Shown in pieces: positions 28,475 to 42,169 of a DNA stretch of 64,000 bases. Under the pieces are notes generated by a model, which was not told where the DNA came from, ran no database searches, and worked only from the letters and a program-made list of their open reading frames with translations. This DNA is from Octopus vulgaris (Eukaryota), in NCBI GenBank assembly GCA_951406725.2, contig OX597831.1:40300001-40364000 (forward strand). Reading direction: 5' to 3'. Each line of letters opens with the position of its first letter. Within the stretch, counting starts at the first letter, position 1. A program made the position numbers and the translations under genes.

Positions 28475-29746
28475 CAGGTGTCGGACAAAATAATGGAAAC
28501 ACCTAACATCATGGCATCGTAATTTCGAAATATCTATAAAACCGTCAAAAGCTTGTTTATTTTTATGTTTTTTTATTTATTATTAGTGTTGCTTAATATG
28601 TTTTGCTAAAATTGCTATTTCTTCTCAGATATCATCAGAAAAAGGCAATTCATTATTATGATAGATCTATCGAACTTTCGAAGAGGTCAAATTGCTGGTG
28701 CTTGTATGGCCGGCGCTAGCACAACGAAAACAGCCGAAATGTTTGGTGTATCAAGAAGTATTGTCTAGAAAGTAAAGACAGCCTTTGAGAAAAAGGGAAA
28801 AACCTCGCCGAAACAAAACTGCAGAAGAAAACCAAAACTTTCAGATAGCAACCGTCGAACTCTTAAGAGAATTGTTCGAAAGGATCACAAAAGTATAACT
28901 CCCAAAATTAATGCAGAGTTTAATGACTACTTCGAGAACCCAGTTTTCACAAAACTGTTCGCCGAGAGTTGCACAAAGCCGGATTTCACGAGAGGGCTGC
29001 AATCAGAAAACCACTACTTTCGAAAACGAACTTTGCAAAGTGTTTAAAGTGGAGTAAAAACCGACAGAATTGGTCACTAGAGCAGTGTAAAAATGTTATT
29101 TTCTCGGACGAGTCATTATTTACTTTATTTCCGACCACCGGCCAAGTATACGTGAGGAAACAGCCAAAAGAAGTATTTGACCCAGACTGCCTTCTTTCAA
29201 CTGTTAACAAGGTGGAGGATCTGTGATGATCTTGGGCGGGGGGAGGGGATATATCTTGGAAATCCGCCAGCCCAATGGTTTCCCTTCATGGCAGAATTAA
29301 TAGTCAAGACTATTTAAGCATTTTATCTGATCGAATTCATCCTATGGCTGCGGAACTGTTTCCGGAGGGAAATGCAATATGTCAGGATGATAATGCCCCA
29401 ATTCACACACCTAAAGTTGTTACTGAATGACACGAGGAACATTCTAGTGAAGTTGAACAGCTTATCTGGCCACCACAGTCCCCAGATCTCAATATTATTG
29501 AACATTTATGGTACATTTCAGAAAAACAAGTAATGAGTCGATATCCTCCACCATCATCACTACAAGAACTAGAGACTGTTTTAGCTGAAGAATGGACAAA
29601 AATTCTTTTGGAAACAATTCAAACTTTGTACAAGTCAATATCTCGTAGAATTCAAGCTGTAATTACTGACAAAGGCAGTCCTACCCCTTATTTAAATGAA
29701 TATGTTTGAAACTTTAAGGTGTTTCCATTATTTTGTCCAACCCCTG
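28475..29746 (+). mobile_element. Near full-length Tc1-family transposon with a decayed DDE transposase
   Basis: TIRs CAGGTGTCGGACAAAATAATGGAAACACCT / AGGTGTTTCCATTATTTTGTCCAACCCCTG, TA flanks; RKPLLS, VIFSDES, QDDNAPIH, WPPQSPDLNIIEHLW; stops and frameshifts. Confidence 0.95.
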
Positions 29747-29770
29747 TATATGCACTTATATGTATATGTA

Positions 29771-29849
<79 letters not shown>

Positions 29850-29981
29850 TTATCTATCTATCTATATACATGCATATACGTATACACACACACTTACACA
29901 CACACACACACATATATATATAAATATATATATATATCTCTTTTACTCTTTTACTTGTTTCAGCCATCCGGCTATATGGGG

Positions 29982-30197
<216 letters not shown>

Positions 30198-30574
30198 ATA
30201 TATATATACATGTACATACATATATACATATGCAAAATGCCTTATTGTAATCAAGCCAAATTAATTTTTACAATGCTTACAATAACTTATGACTAAGCAT
30301 ATTTGCTTTATTTTATCCCCATCCTTTTTATTCTGTTCTTTTCCTCTGACTAAACGTATTTTATGGTTGGTCTTCACACTTTGAAACTGTCATCTCTCCG
30401 TTCCGCTGTGAAATTTTAAAGTAGTAAATTCGATTTTCTTTGACAGTTGTTTTCATTTAAAATATATATGAACAAACGCTCGCGCGCGCACACTCCTTCG
30501 CACATTAGTATATGAATATATATACTCATACGTGAGTACATGTACACATACATAAATACACATTCATAAATGCA

Positions 30575-30620
<46 letters not shown>

Positions 30621-30764
30621 CATGCTTGTAAATATATATACCTATATATCAATTTATCTATCTAGCTATATACAAATCTATATCTATATATCCTTCTCTA
30701 TATACACACGGATATGTGTATGTGTCTATATATATATACACAGACACACATATATACATATATG

Positions 30765-30868
<104 letters not shown>

Positions 30869-31871
30869 TACATATATATGTGTGTTTATATATGTATTTA
30901 TTTACATACACAAACGCACATATATATTTATTAATAAGTGATACATGTGTATGTGTGTGTCTCTGTTTCTCTAAGCGCATTCATACACATATAAATACCT
31001 ACATACGTCCATTTATAATTGCACGCCTTGACTCGTCTTAAATATATCATTTGTTATCGTTCTCTTTGAAAAAAAAATATGCTTATGTTACACATTTGTC
31101 TATTTGACGGAACATTGTATTTCATTAGCAAAACATTTTTCTCGTTGGAAGACCAAAGAAACTAGATCACATACATAAATATATAGCTTTATGCTTGTTT
31201 TATTATATCAATATAATACTGTATAAATTGTCTCAGCCGTCCTTTCCTAAAATGTTTAATTTCATATATTGTTTAATGCTATTACGCTTCACTTAAACAA
31301 TTAAGAGCGTCATATTTCTTATCTTTAAATTTATTACACACACAATAAAAAACGAAGTAGAAAAATATCAAAAAGTATAAAAATATAAAAATATAAAAAA
31401 ACGACTGGCGCCATTTTTAATTTTGGTTTAGGTTTCTTTGTTTGGTTGGTTTTGGCCGACATTTTTCTTTCTGTTATTTATCTGCAGACGTTTGATTTCA
31501 TTAAGGGCGTTGAGAGTTAATCAGTTTCCTTTAAATAACCAACCGCCATAATAAGTTATGAAGAGAGTTTAATTTTAGGCTTATAAAATATGCTTTCTGG
31601 TAAGTTGCCATTTTTGTATTTTGGTCTCCTTTGCTAATTTCAAAACAAAGACTGCACAAACGCCCACACACGCAAACGCAAGTACACATACACACACACA
31701 CACACTCACAAGCAAACACGACATACATTCATGCAAACACATTAATTATTGCATACTCTATAAACATTCGTACATGTGATGCTTACCGACCTGTATTTGC
31801 TCAGTTTTCTATCATATAGGACAGCATATAGTTAAGGACCCACAAATTTTAAAATTTACATACATACATAT

Positions 31872-32049
31872 AGGCGCAGGAGTGGCTGTGTGGTAAGTAG
31901 CTTGTTTACCAACCACATGGTTCCGGGTTCAGTCCCACTGCGTGGCATCTTGGGCAAGTGTCTTCTGCTATAGCCCCGGGCCGACCAATGCCTTGTGAGT
32001 GGATTTGGTAGACGGAAACTGAAAGAAGCCTGTCGTATATATGTATATA

Positions 32050-32093
<44 letters not shown>

Positions 32094-32301
32094 TGTGTCT
32101 GTGTTTGTCCCCCTAGCATTGCTTGACTACCGATGCTGGTGTGTTTACGTCCCCGTCACTTAGCGGTTCGGCAAAAGAGAGCGATAGAATAAGTACTGGG
32201 CTTACAAAGAATAAGTCCCGGGGTCGATTTGCACGACTAAAAGGCGGTGCTCCAGCATGGCCGCAGTCAAATGACTGAAACAAGTAAAAGAGTAAAAGAG
32301 T
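31872..32301 (+). mobile_element. SINE group A, full length, internal (TA)/(TG) microsatellite, (AGTAAAAG)n tail
   Basis: A box TGGCTGTGTGG, B box GGTTCAGTCC; more than ten related copies in the window. Confidence 0.92.
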
Positions 32302-32304
32302 ATA

Positions 32305-32561
32305 CATGCATCACGTAAACACATGACCGACCAGGCTATCAGATGTAGTTATACATCGCTGATCACAATGCACATTTGCATTGTTTTAGCCTTCAAATGA
32401 CGCCACCCGTCTGGTTAGGCGAACAGGCCAAAGGAGGTGCTGGAACAAAGTGAAATGAAGTGCTTTGCTTAAGAACACAATATACCACCCAATCAGGGAA
32501 TGGAACCCACGATCTAGAGATCGCGAGTGCAACAGCCTAAACACTAGGCCACGCGCCTTCA
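32305..32561 (-). mobile_element. tRNA-derived SINE, group C-related head with a different tail
   Basis: Minus strand GAAGGCGCGTGGCCTAGTG...GGTTCCATTCC...GTTCTTAAGCAAAGCACTTCATTTCAC; middle shared with 43113-43377. Confidence 0.8.
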
Positions 32562-32812
32562 CGCATACATACATACATACATACATGTATTTATTTACAT
32601 ACACATACATACATACATACATACATACATACATACATACATACATGCATACATGCACACATTCATACATTCATACATACATACACGCATGCATGCGTGC
32701 ATACATATATCTATACATTGGCCACATTATCATTAGCTGCGAGAAAATGTTTTCTTCCCATGAAGCATCATGCGGGAGCCAGGTATCTTCAGCCAACAGG
32801 TCATTGCTACTC

Positions 32813-32850
32813 CAGACTGATGACGAGCAAGACTCAGAAACATGTCTCTG
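32813..32850 (+). ncRNA. Compact type I hammerhead ribozyme
   Basis: CAGA CTGATGA c GAG caaga CTC a GAAAC AT GTC TCTG: canonical core, GUC site, ACATGT palindrome, 4-bp stem I. Confidence 0.8.
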
Positions 32851-33019
32851 ATTGCAGGCCTAGCTGTTGAGGGTGTTTGTCTCCCCTTTGTAAACATAAG
32901 GACACAGGAAGTGTGTCAAAGCCGACAGGAAGCGTTGATGCTTCCTAAGGCTAAATAGCAGTGACGTGATTCCCTTTATGGGACTGTCAGTTTAAGTCGA
33001 CAGTATACAACTGCTCTCT

Positions 33020-33081
<62 letters not shown>

Positions 33082-33124
33082 CGTAATCTAGCTATCTGTC
33101 TGTCTGTTTGCATATATATCATGC

Positions 33125-33289
33125 TTTTCTCCGTTGTTTTTGTTCTCTCCATTTTTTCCTCGTGTTCCTTTCTGTTGAAGAGCGTAGGTTCGAAACGTAA
33201 AAGTCTTTTCCCTTTTTCCAGATTGTTAAACTAATACACCTCCTTGTTCCTACACCTGTCTTCGTCTTCTGTTTTTGTTGGAAATTTTG

Positions 33290-33293
<4 letters not shown>
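33125..33293 (+). mobile_element. Short TA-abutting repeat with a variant minimal HHR (33168-33203)
   Basis: CTTT CTGTTGA a GAGC gtag GTTC GAAAC GTA AAAG; decayed relative on the minus strand near 15425-15510. Confidence 0.6.
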
Positions 33294-33359
<66 letters not shown>

Positions 33360-33435
33360 TATAATCATGCATACATACGTAGGTACGTGCATACATGCAT
33401 TCATCTAGGAGCTAGATGCATACATATATACATAT

Positions 33436-33930
33436 CCCACAGTGTATTTGCAGTACCAGTGCTGATCCCAACATTTGGGATACTTGATTGGTCTGTAGAG
33501 AAAATCCACTCCATAGATATCAAAACCCGCAAAATCCTGATAACAACTGGGAACTTCCACAGAAGCAGTGAAGTTGGAGGGCTCTACCTAAGAAGAAATG
33601 AAGGTGGTAGAGGCCTGAGTTCAGTGCAGGCAGCCTTCAAGTGCCATATGGTATCACTCGGGCCGCACCTGCTAAACAACAGCAGCAAAAACGAATATAT
33701 TAATGCAGTCCTGAAAAGTGAAGTGAGCAATATTGTACGAGTTGGCAGTGAACTCCTCAGGAAACACTCTCTTCCTGATGATCTTCTATACAGCCCCAAA
33801 ACAGCTGGGCTCTCTTACCTCAGAGAAGACCTGGATGGAAAGCACTCAACATACAAAAAATGGGCATGCATGCGTATGTTGACCGGAAGCTTGAAGAAGA
33901 CAGTGGAATTAGCATACATAGATACATGGA
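33436..33930 (+). mobile_element. Dong/R4-type LINE internal fragment
   Basis: FAVPVLIPTFGILDWS..IDIKTRKIL..GNFHRSSEVGGLYLRRNEGGRGL parallels the 43517-44296 ORF. Confidence 0.8.
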
Positions 33931-33984
33931 TACATTATGTTGTTATAGCTGTCCCCTCGTTATCAAGTATGGCCATTGCACGAA

Positions 33985-34440
33985 GCTTAATTGTTACTGG
34001 TGCAGTGATCGAATGTGACTTTTTAGCCCAGCTAAAGATCTGCAATGTCTTGTACAGAATTGGTAACTAAAACCTTTACCAGTAATAGCTGGCTGTAGTT
34101 GTAACTGGGCTTCATGTACCTTTGCATGTCGTTTAAGTCCTCCTGCCGAATTACACTCTCTTCCACATGCCTGACAGATATGATTAGTATGGTGTGTTAC
34201 ACCACCACTAGTGGCCAGGTTGTCACTCATCTGTTTCGCTTTATGACTACGAAGATGACTCTTGAGTCCAGCTTTACTGAGGCAGGGTCTTGCACAGGCA
34301 CTGCATGTCAGCATCATAGGAAGACCCTTCCCATCTGGAAGTGTAACAGCGAAGCCCTTCCTGACATCCCTCACTTTCTCATGTGCAACTCGAGATTTCT
34401 CAAAAGTGGCTGTCCCCTCGTGCACAATCCCTTTCCACAT
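33985..34440 (-). mobile_element. RTE-like LINE C-terminal fragment with three C2H2-type fingers
   Basis: WKGIVHEGTATFE then CSAC..GLKSHLRSH, CQAC..GLKRHAKVH, (Y)QFC..GLKSHIRSLH. Confidence 0.7.
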
Positions 34441-34634
34441 GCATACATACATACTGCCGCTTATAGCAGAAACAGCCGTAAGCTAATGAACATTATTACA
34501 TAACTTTTATTTCTTCCGGTGTCATCTCTTTGTTCTTTTTACTATTCTATATTCACCTAACATTGTGTACTGGATCACAGGAATATTGTGTTCTACATTA
34601 GGTTATTAGTTTAGCTATTCCTAAGTGAAATATC

Positions 34635-34864
34635 TCTTTTAGTCTTTTACTTGTTTCCGTCATTCCACTGCGGCCATACTGGAGCACCGCCTTTTAGTCG
34701 AGCAAATCGACCTCAGGACTTATTCTTTGTAAGCCTAGTATTTATTTGATCGGTGTATTTCACCGAACCGCTACGTTACGAGGACGTAAACACACCAGCA
34801 TCGGTTGTCAAGCGATGTTGGGGGCGGGACAAACACAGACACACAAACATATACACACACATAC

Positions 34865-34915
<51 letters not shown>

Positions 34916-35082
34916 TACATATATATGACGGGACTCTTTCAGCTTCCGTCTATCAAATCCACTCACAAGGCTTTGGTTGGTCCGAGGCTATAGTAGAAGA
35001 CACTTGCCCAAGATGCTACACAGTAGGACTGAACCCGGAACCATGTGGTTGGTAAGCAAGCTACTTACCACACAGCCACTCC
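34635..35082 (-). mobile_element. SINE group A, near full length
   Basis: Reverse complement of 31879-32301. Confidence 0.9.
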
Positions 35083-35129
35083 ATATTATATATATATATT
35101 GTATATTTATAAACCCCCATCTGGAAGAC

Positions 35130-35327
35130 AATACAAAGCCACCAATTTCGGAGCAGGGCTAGGTTTATTACGTCGACCCAGGTGCGCAACTTGCGCTTAT
35201 CTTACCGACTCAGGAAGGATGAAAGGAGAAGTCGACTTTGGCGGAATTCGAACTCAGAGCATAAGGACGGATGAAATGCCGCTAAGCATTTTGCCTGCGT
35301 GTTGACGATTCTGCCAGCTCGCCACCC
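35130..35327 (-). mobile_element. SINE group B
   Basis: TCTGCCAGCTCGCCACC is the reverse complement of the group B head. Confidence 0.8.
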
Positions 35328-35486
35328 TTTAATATAAATAAGATTAATAACCAGCTATATGCCAACGCTTTCATAAATCGATACCATATGTATATATACA
35401 TATATATATATATGTGTGTGTGTGTGTGTTTGCATGTGTGTGTGTGCGTGTGTGTGCACGCGTGGGCATATATACGTATATATGCA

Positions 35487-35528
<42 letters not shown>

Positions 35529-36197
35529 CATATATATACATATACATATACATATACATATGCATATACACAAACACACACACACACACACATATATGAG
35601 GTCGTCTATTTATTTATTTATTTATCACCAACATCACGTATTTATCAATATCATATCCCGTGATATATTCATTGCCTTATTTATTTCCTTCCATTTTTAT
35701 TTCATTTTATTCTATTTTATTTGTTTTCATCCCTGATATACAATATTTATTAATATATATATATATCTCTATTCATCATCATAATGTTGAACCTGGTCAA
35801 ACGAAATCAATAATAGCGCTCGTCAATAACTTTGGTAATCAATCGCAGATTATTTGATTTGATCAATAACGTCATATTTATCAGCTAATCCTTCGAGGGT
35901 GGATTGGGTAGAAATGATAGACGCCTGATCGCAGTTCTAATTTTGATGGATTTTTTTTTCCTTTTTTTTCTTTTTTGTTATTTCAGATTTGCTTTTTGGT
36001 ATATTTTAGTTACGGTCTTTTACTCTCCGAGTTCAAACCCTGAGAATCTTGTAGTGGGAAAAAGTTGATTTATATCCTTTTCTTCATTCACTTGTTCGAG
36101 TCACTGGACTCTGACCAGGCTATGGTACTGCATCGAAGGCTTTTAGTCGAACGAGTAAACTCCAGTAATTTAAAAAAAAAAAGAATTTGATACGTTA

Positions 36198-36553
36198 TTC
36201 TTATTTCTTTATTGCCCACAAGGGGTTAAACATAGAGGGGACAAACAAACACAGACAAAGGCATTAAGTCGATTAGATCGACTCCGGTGCGTAACTGGTA
36301 CTTAATTCATCGACCCCGAACGGATGAAAGGCAAAGTCGACCTCGGCGGAATTTGAACTCAGAACGTAACGGCAGACGGAATACTTATTTTTTTTGCTAC
36401 CTACAAAGGGCTAAACACAAAAAAGGGACAAACAAGGACAGACGAACGGATTAAGTCGATTACATCGAACCCAGTGCGTAACTGGTGTTTAATTTATCGA
36501 CCCCGAAAGGATGAAAGGCAAAGTCGACCTCGGCGGAATTTGAACTCAGAACG
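36198..36553 (-). mobile_element. Two tandem SINE group B body units
   Basis: GGCAAAGTCGACCTCGGCGGAATTTGAACTCAGAACG occurs twice, ~188 bp apart. Confidence 0.85.
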
Positions 36554-37313
36554 CTAATAAGCCACCCTTTTAATTTGTTGTTTAGAATTTTACCGTTTTG
36601 AACATCAATACACGTTTTCAATGGTTTTTCTTATAAGACTGACAAACCTAGGCATTAAGAGCTGCTGATGAGATCTACATCAAAATCTGAATTCGAGATC
36701 CGGCTATGTACGCTGGGGACTAACTTCCTTACATGTTGATCGGTTGAGATACACCAACAGACTAAGTAGGTGAAAGTATGTTTAGTCATTTGTGTGTGTG
36801 TTGATAATTAAATTTGAATATGATAATAATAAAATAAAGTATATAAAAATAATAAAATATAAAAATATGTAAAAGTAAATAATGAACGTTAATAAAAATA
36901 AAGATAGTAAAAATAAAAATAAATCTTCAAAATGCAAACTTATTTTATTCTATGTGTTCGTAATTTGTATTGAGTGTAAATTGAAACAACTGTAGGCAAT
37001 GTTAATAAATGAATTAATTTATATCCATTAAATAACTCCATTTTCTTACATAATAATAGTTAATATTTGTATTATATTTATTGACAGAATACTTCTTAAC
37101 AATATAATATATATCAAACCAGTGTTACTTGGATGGAATTATCCATATAAGCGGTTTATATATCCTCGTAGTGACTATATATATAGTAAAAACATCCACA
37201 TGAAACAAAATGGCATTATATGTACATTTCGAAAATAAAGACACATTTTTTGCTTTTTACTTTACTTTTGCTTTTATTAAACCTACAAACATGTCAGGTC
37301 ATTTTGCTGTACC

Positions 37314-37368
<55 letters not shown>

Positions 37369-37371
<3 letters not shown>

Positions 37372-37563
37372 CAATCCAAACATGAACAAGCAACAAAGAA
37401 CAGCAACACAAGGACGTGGAGTAAGTACAGTGTTATTGGACGCTCAGGAAAGGTAAGAAAATAAAGATTTCACGTTTCGAGCGGAGCTCTTCGTCAGAAA
37501 TATAGAAAAAGTCCAAAGAAGGGAAGACGGAGAAAGAAAATCGCCAACGATACACACGCGATC
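37369..37563 (-). mobile_element. Short minimal-HHR repeat between (TA)n tracts; HHR motif at 37467-37501
   Basis: Minus strand attt CTGACGA a GAGC tcc GCTC GAAAC GTG aaat; homologous to 12861-13067. Confidence 0.7.
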
Positions 37564-37578
37564 GCATATTGAAATGTG

Positions 37579-37636
<58 letters not shown>

Positions 37637-37789
37637 AAATTTAAAGGACTGACCACTAAAATTCGACGGTAAACATGCTAGATATAGAATATGTTCTCAA
37701 ATAAAAATCCATATACATATATACACATACATACATACAAGTAATGTTCATAGTCACTTCAACATGGCTGTCCATTCGAATGGACTTTA

Positions 37790-38209
37790 CTGCGATTTTT
37801 TAATCCCAAGAAAACATCTCCAGCTGGTTAACGACGCACAGCTGCACCCGATATATTGTGAGCAGGGGAGCGAACTCCTACCACCTGTTAGCAACGAGAC
37901 TAGCAGACCAGCCTAGTTTCGGGCTATTTCTGCCTCTTTTCAGTACTGGACACCTTGTCTGCTAGAGATGGCAGTAGCTCGCTACTGCTCACAATATATA
38001 TAATTTCAAGCGAACACACAGTCGCTGATTTTGCACCAAGCAAAAATACTCGTTCTAAAAATTTACCTCAGACATCAAATCAACAGTTGTGCTGACAAGT
38101 AATGTTTGTATCTACTTCTCAACATACCCACAATACCCACATCTCAAATGCAGATGTGCATCGTTGACAAGCCAGAGGAGAAGTCCCCTTGGGGTTAAAA
38201 AATCGCAGC
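37790..38209. mobile_element. Nested inverted-repeat elements (outer arms 37790-37846 / 38149-38209; inner MITE 37851-37998)
   Basis: CTGCGATTTTT.A.CCCAAG...CGA.GCACA.CTGCA is mirrored; inner ATATATTGTGAGCAG / CTGCTCACAATATAT. Confidence 0.7.
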
Positions 38210-38685
38210 TAATGCTTGTTGCAGCATTAGCGATTTTACTTGTTTGTACAACTACTGCGTTGATCTCTTAAAGAGATTTTAGTAGTAGATATGTTTATAT
38301 GTATGTATCCGTTTCCAGTTGTCGCCCTTCGTTTGCTTCAGTGTTTACCATTGTTCAATAATGTGTACCTCAACTCGGCACGAGTGCATCCTTGTTTAAT
38401 TAAATTTATCGTTTCCTCGCCGCATCGTGTTTAGCGCTTAATTCACTATGAAGTTTCGTCTAGTATGAAATAATTTATGAGTTCACGTCTAGCGAGTGTT
38501 ATTCTATTATTGATTATAATTACAGCCAGAAACCTTCATTCAGACCTTGTTATTTCCTTTAGATGAATAAATAATAAAGCATTTGTTAAGAAAAAGACAA
38601 TTGCAGAGCAATAACGGGAAAATAAGATGAAATAAAACAAAAGTAAAATGAAAGCAAATATTCGTTTCTGAACATAGCTTAAAGT

Positions 38686-38753
<68 letters not shown>

Positions 38754-39014
38754 TATTAAATAAATGACAAAGGAACCGAAACTTGTGCAATGAACTTCAT
38801 TAGCTTATGGGCGTTTTTGCTATAAAGTACTTTGAACTCAGAGCTGTGTGCTTGTGCATCATCATATAGCTTCCTCAGAGCTTCTAAAATCGGGTACAGG
38901 TTTATTTGGGAAAGCATTTACATGCGTATCTTTATTGAGTTCTGGCACCAAATCCTTATTATCGCTATACCTAAGCGGAACACCCCCACCACACACACAC
39001 ACACGTATATAGTA

Positions 39015-39245
39015 TATTTGTTTCAGCCATTAGAGTAAGGTCATGCTGGAGCACATTCTGGAACTCTTTAGACGAACAAATTGGCTCCAGTACTTATTTC
39101 TAAGTCAATCCATTTTTTTTGCTGAACCAGTATATTACGGGAACGTAAACAAACGCACATCAACTGTCGGGTGGAGGTGGTGGTGGGGAACAAACACAAA
39201 CACAAAAACAAACACACATACATATATACAGATATATATATATGC

Positions 39246-39276
<31 letters not shown>

Positions 39277-39440
39277 CGCGTGATGGGATTCCACACAGTT
39301 TCCGGTGACCACATTTACTTAAAGATATGACATTGGTAGCCTCAGGATTATAGTTGAAGACACAGGTTCAAAGTGCCACAAAGTAGGATTAAACCCGAAA
39401 CCACATAATTCCTCAGCGGGCTTCTTTACCGCACATCCAT
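39015..39440 (-). mobile_element. SINE group A, old diverged copy
   Basis: TTGTTTCAG..CATGCTGGAGCAC...GAAGACAC...GTGCCAC. Confidence 0.7.
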
Positions 39441-39583
39441 ATTCGGGTTTTCGAAAGAGCTTGGCACAAAATCTATTGTAGTATATATTCCGGCTCTTTA
39501 TTTCCTGAGTTCAAATCCCATGGATGATCCTTTTGGTGGTTGATAATGTAATTGTCCTCAAATTTCTGCCTATAGCAGAAAGA

Positions 39584-40231
<648 letters not shown>

Positions 40232-40235
40232 TAAA

Positions 40236-41190
40236 TGGTAGCGAGCAGGCAGAAACGTTAGCTCGCTGGACGAAATGCTTAGCGGTATTTCGTCTGCCGT
40301 CACGTTCTGAGTTCAAATTCCGCAGAGGTCGACTTTGCCTTTCATCCTTTCGGGGTCGATTAAATGAAGTACCAGTTACGCATTGGGATCGATATAATCG
40401 ACTTAATCCGTTTGTCTGTCGTTGTTTGTCCCTTCTGTGTTTAGCCCCTTGTGGGTAGTAAAGAAATAGGCATTTCGCCCATCGTTACATTCTGAGTTCA
40501 AATTTCTCCGAGGTCGTCTTTGCCTTTCATCCTTTCGGGGTTCAATAAAATAAAGTATACCAGTTACGCACTGGGGTCGATATAATTGACTTAATCCGTT
40601 TGTCTGTCTTTGTCCCCTCTGTGTTTAGCCCCTTGTGGGTAGTAAAGAAATAGGCAATTCGCCCATCGTTACGTTCTGAGTTCAAATTTCTCCGAGGTCG
40701 TCTTTGCCTTTCATCCTTTCGGGGTTCAATAAAATAAAGTATACCAGTTACGCACTGGGGTCGATATAATTGACTTAATCCGTTTGTCTGTCTTTGTCCC
40801 TTCTGTGTTTAGCCCCTTGTGGGTAGTAAAGAAATAGGCAATTCGCCCATCGTTACGTTCTGAGTTCAAATTTCTCCGAGGTCATCTTTGCCTTTCATCC
40901 TTTCGGGGTCGATTAAATAAAGTACCAGTTACGCATTGGGATCGATATAATCGACTTAATCCGTTTGTCTGTCCTTGTTTGTCCCTTCTGTGTTTAGCCC
41001 ATTGTGGGTAGTAAAGAAATAGGTATTTCGCCCATCGTTACCTTTCTGAGTTCAAATTTCTCCGAGGTCGACTTTGCCTTTCATCCTTTCGGGGTTCGAT
41101 AGAATTAAGTACCAGTGGAACACTGGGAACGATGTAATCAACTATTTCCCTTCCCCAAGTTCCAGGCTTTGTGCTTATATTTGAAAGAAC
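40236..41190 (+). mobile_element. SINE group B with one head and five tandem ~180-bp body units
   Basis: TTCTGAGTTCAAATT recurs near 40305, 40490, 40674, 40858 and 41045. Confidence 0.9.
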
Positions 41191-41315
41191 TATTATTCTT
41201 AGTTTATCTTTTGTCTTTCTTACATATTTTCTTGCTGTATCTCTCTGGGCGCTCTTAGGCTTTTGTAATACTGTTGTATTACGACAGCATAGGCTTCAAT
41301 GTACTTCTAATACAG

Positions 41316-41355
<40 letters not shown>

Positions 41356-42042
41356 GTATTAGTATTATCAGAAAACGAAAATATATATATATTCAACGTC
41401 ACCAGAATATGATTCAATACATAAGATCGGTAAACATAAAAAAAAACAAATATATATATATATATATATAAAAAGTGGTTGAATATATATCTGCGCATGA
41501 TGGCCGAGCCATCCATTTAATGAATGTGTGTGCATGTATGTATTCCTTTGTGTATGTGTATGTGTGTGTGTGCTTGTTTGCATGCATTTTGTGTGTATCC
41601 ATGGTTGTATGTGCGAATGGAAGGCTTCAATATCTGCATTTATGTGAGTGTGATTATATGTATATATGCATGTGTGCATATATGTATGCATATACACACA
41701 CGCATATGTATGTATATATACACACACACACGCACACACACACACACGCACACACACACACACTCATACACTTAGAAATGAAGAGAAGTACATGATTATA
41801 CGAGGATTTATGTTCATATTGATACATCGTTATATGTGTACATATGGATAAATATTTTTGCATATATAGATGTGTGTGTGTGCGTGTGTGCGTGTGTGTG
41901 TATTTGTGTATGTAATACATAATATTTATACCTATATGCAAACATATATATATTTATGCTATATATAAATACACACGCACACAACACACATACGCAAGCA
42001 CCCCCTCCATACATATATGGATATAAACTAATATATATATAT

Positions 42043-42120
<78 letters not shown>

Positions 42121-42128
42121 TATAAATA

Positions 42129-42169
<41 letters not shown>

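Noticed and set aside
31405-31620. Two GCCATTTT (YY1-like) motifs in a unique stretch
   Set aside because: Short motifs expected by chance in AT-rich DNA; no promoter or exon support.
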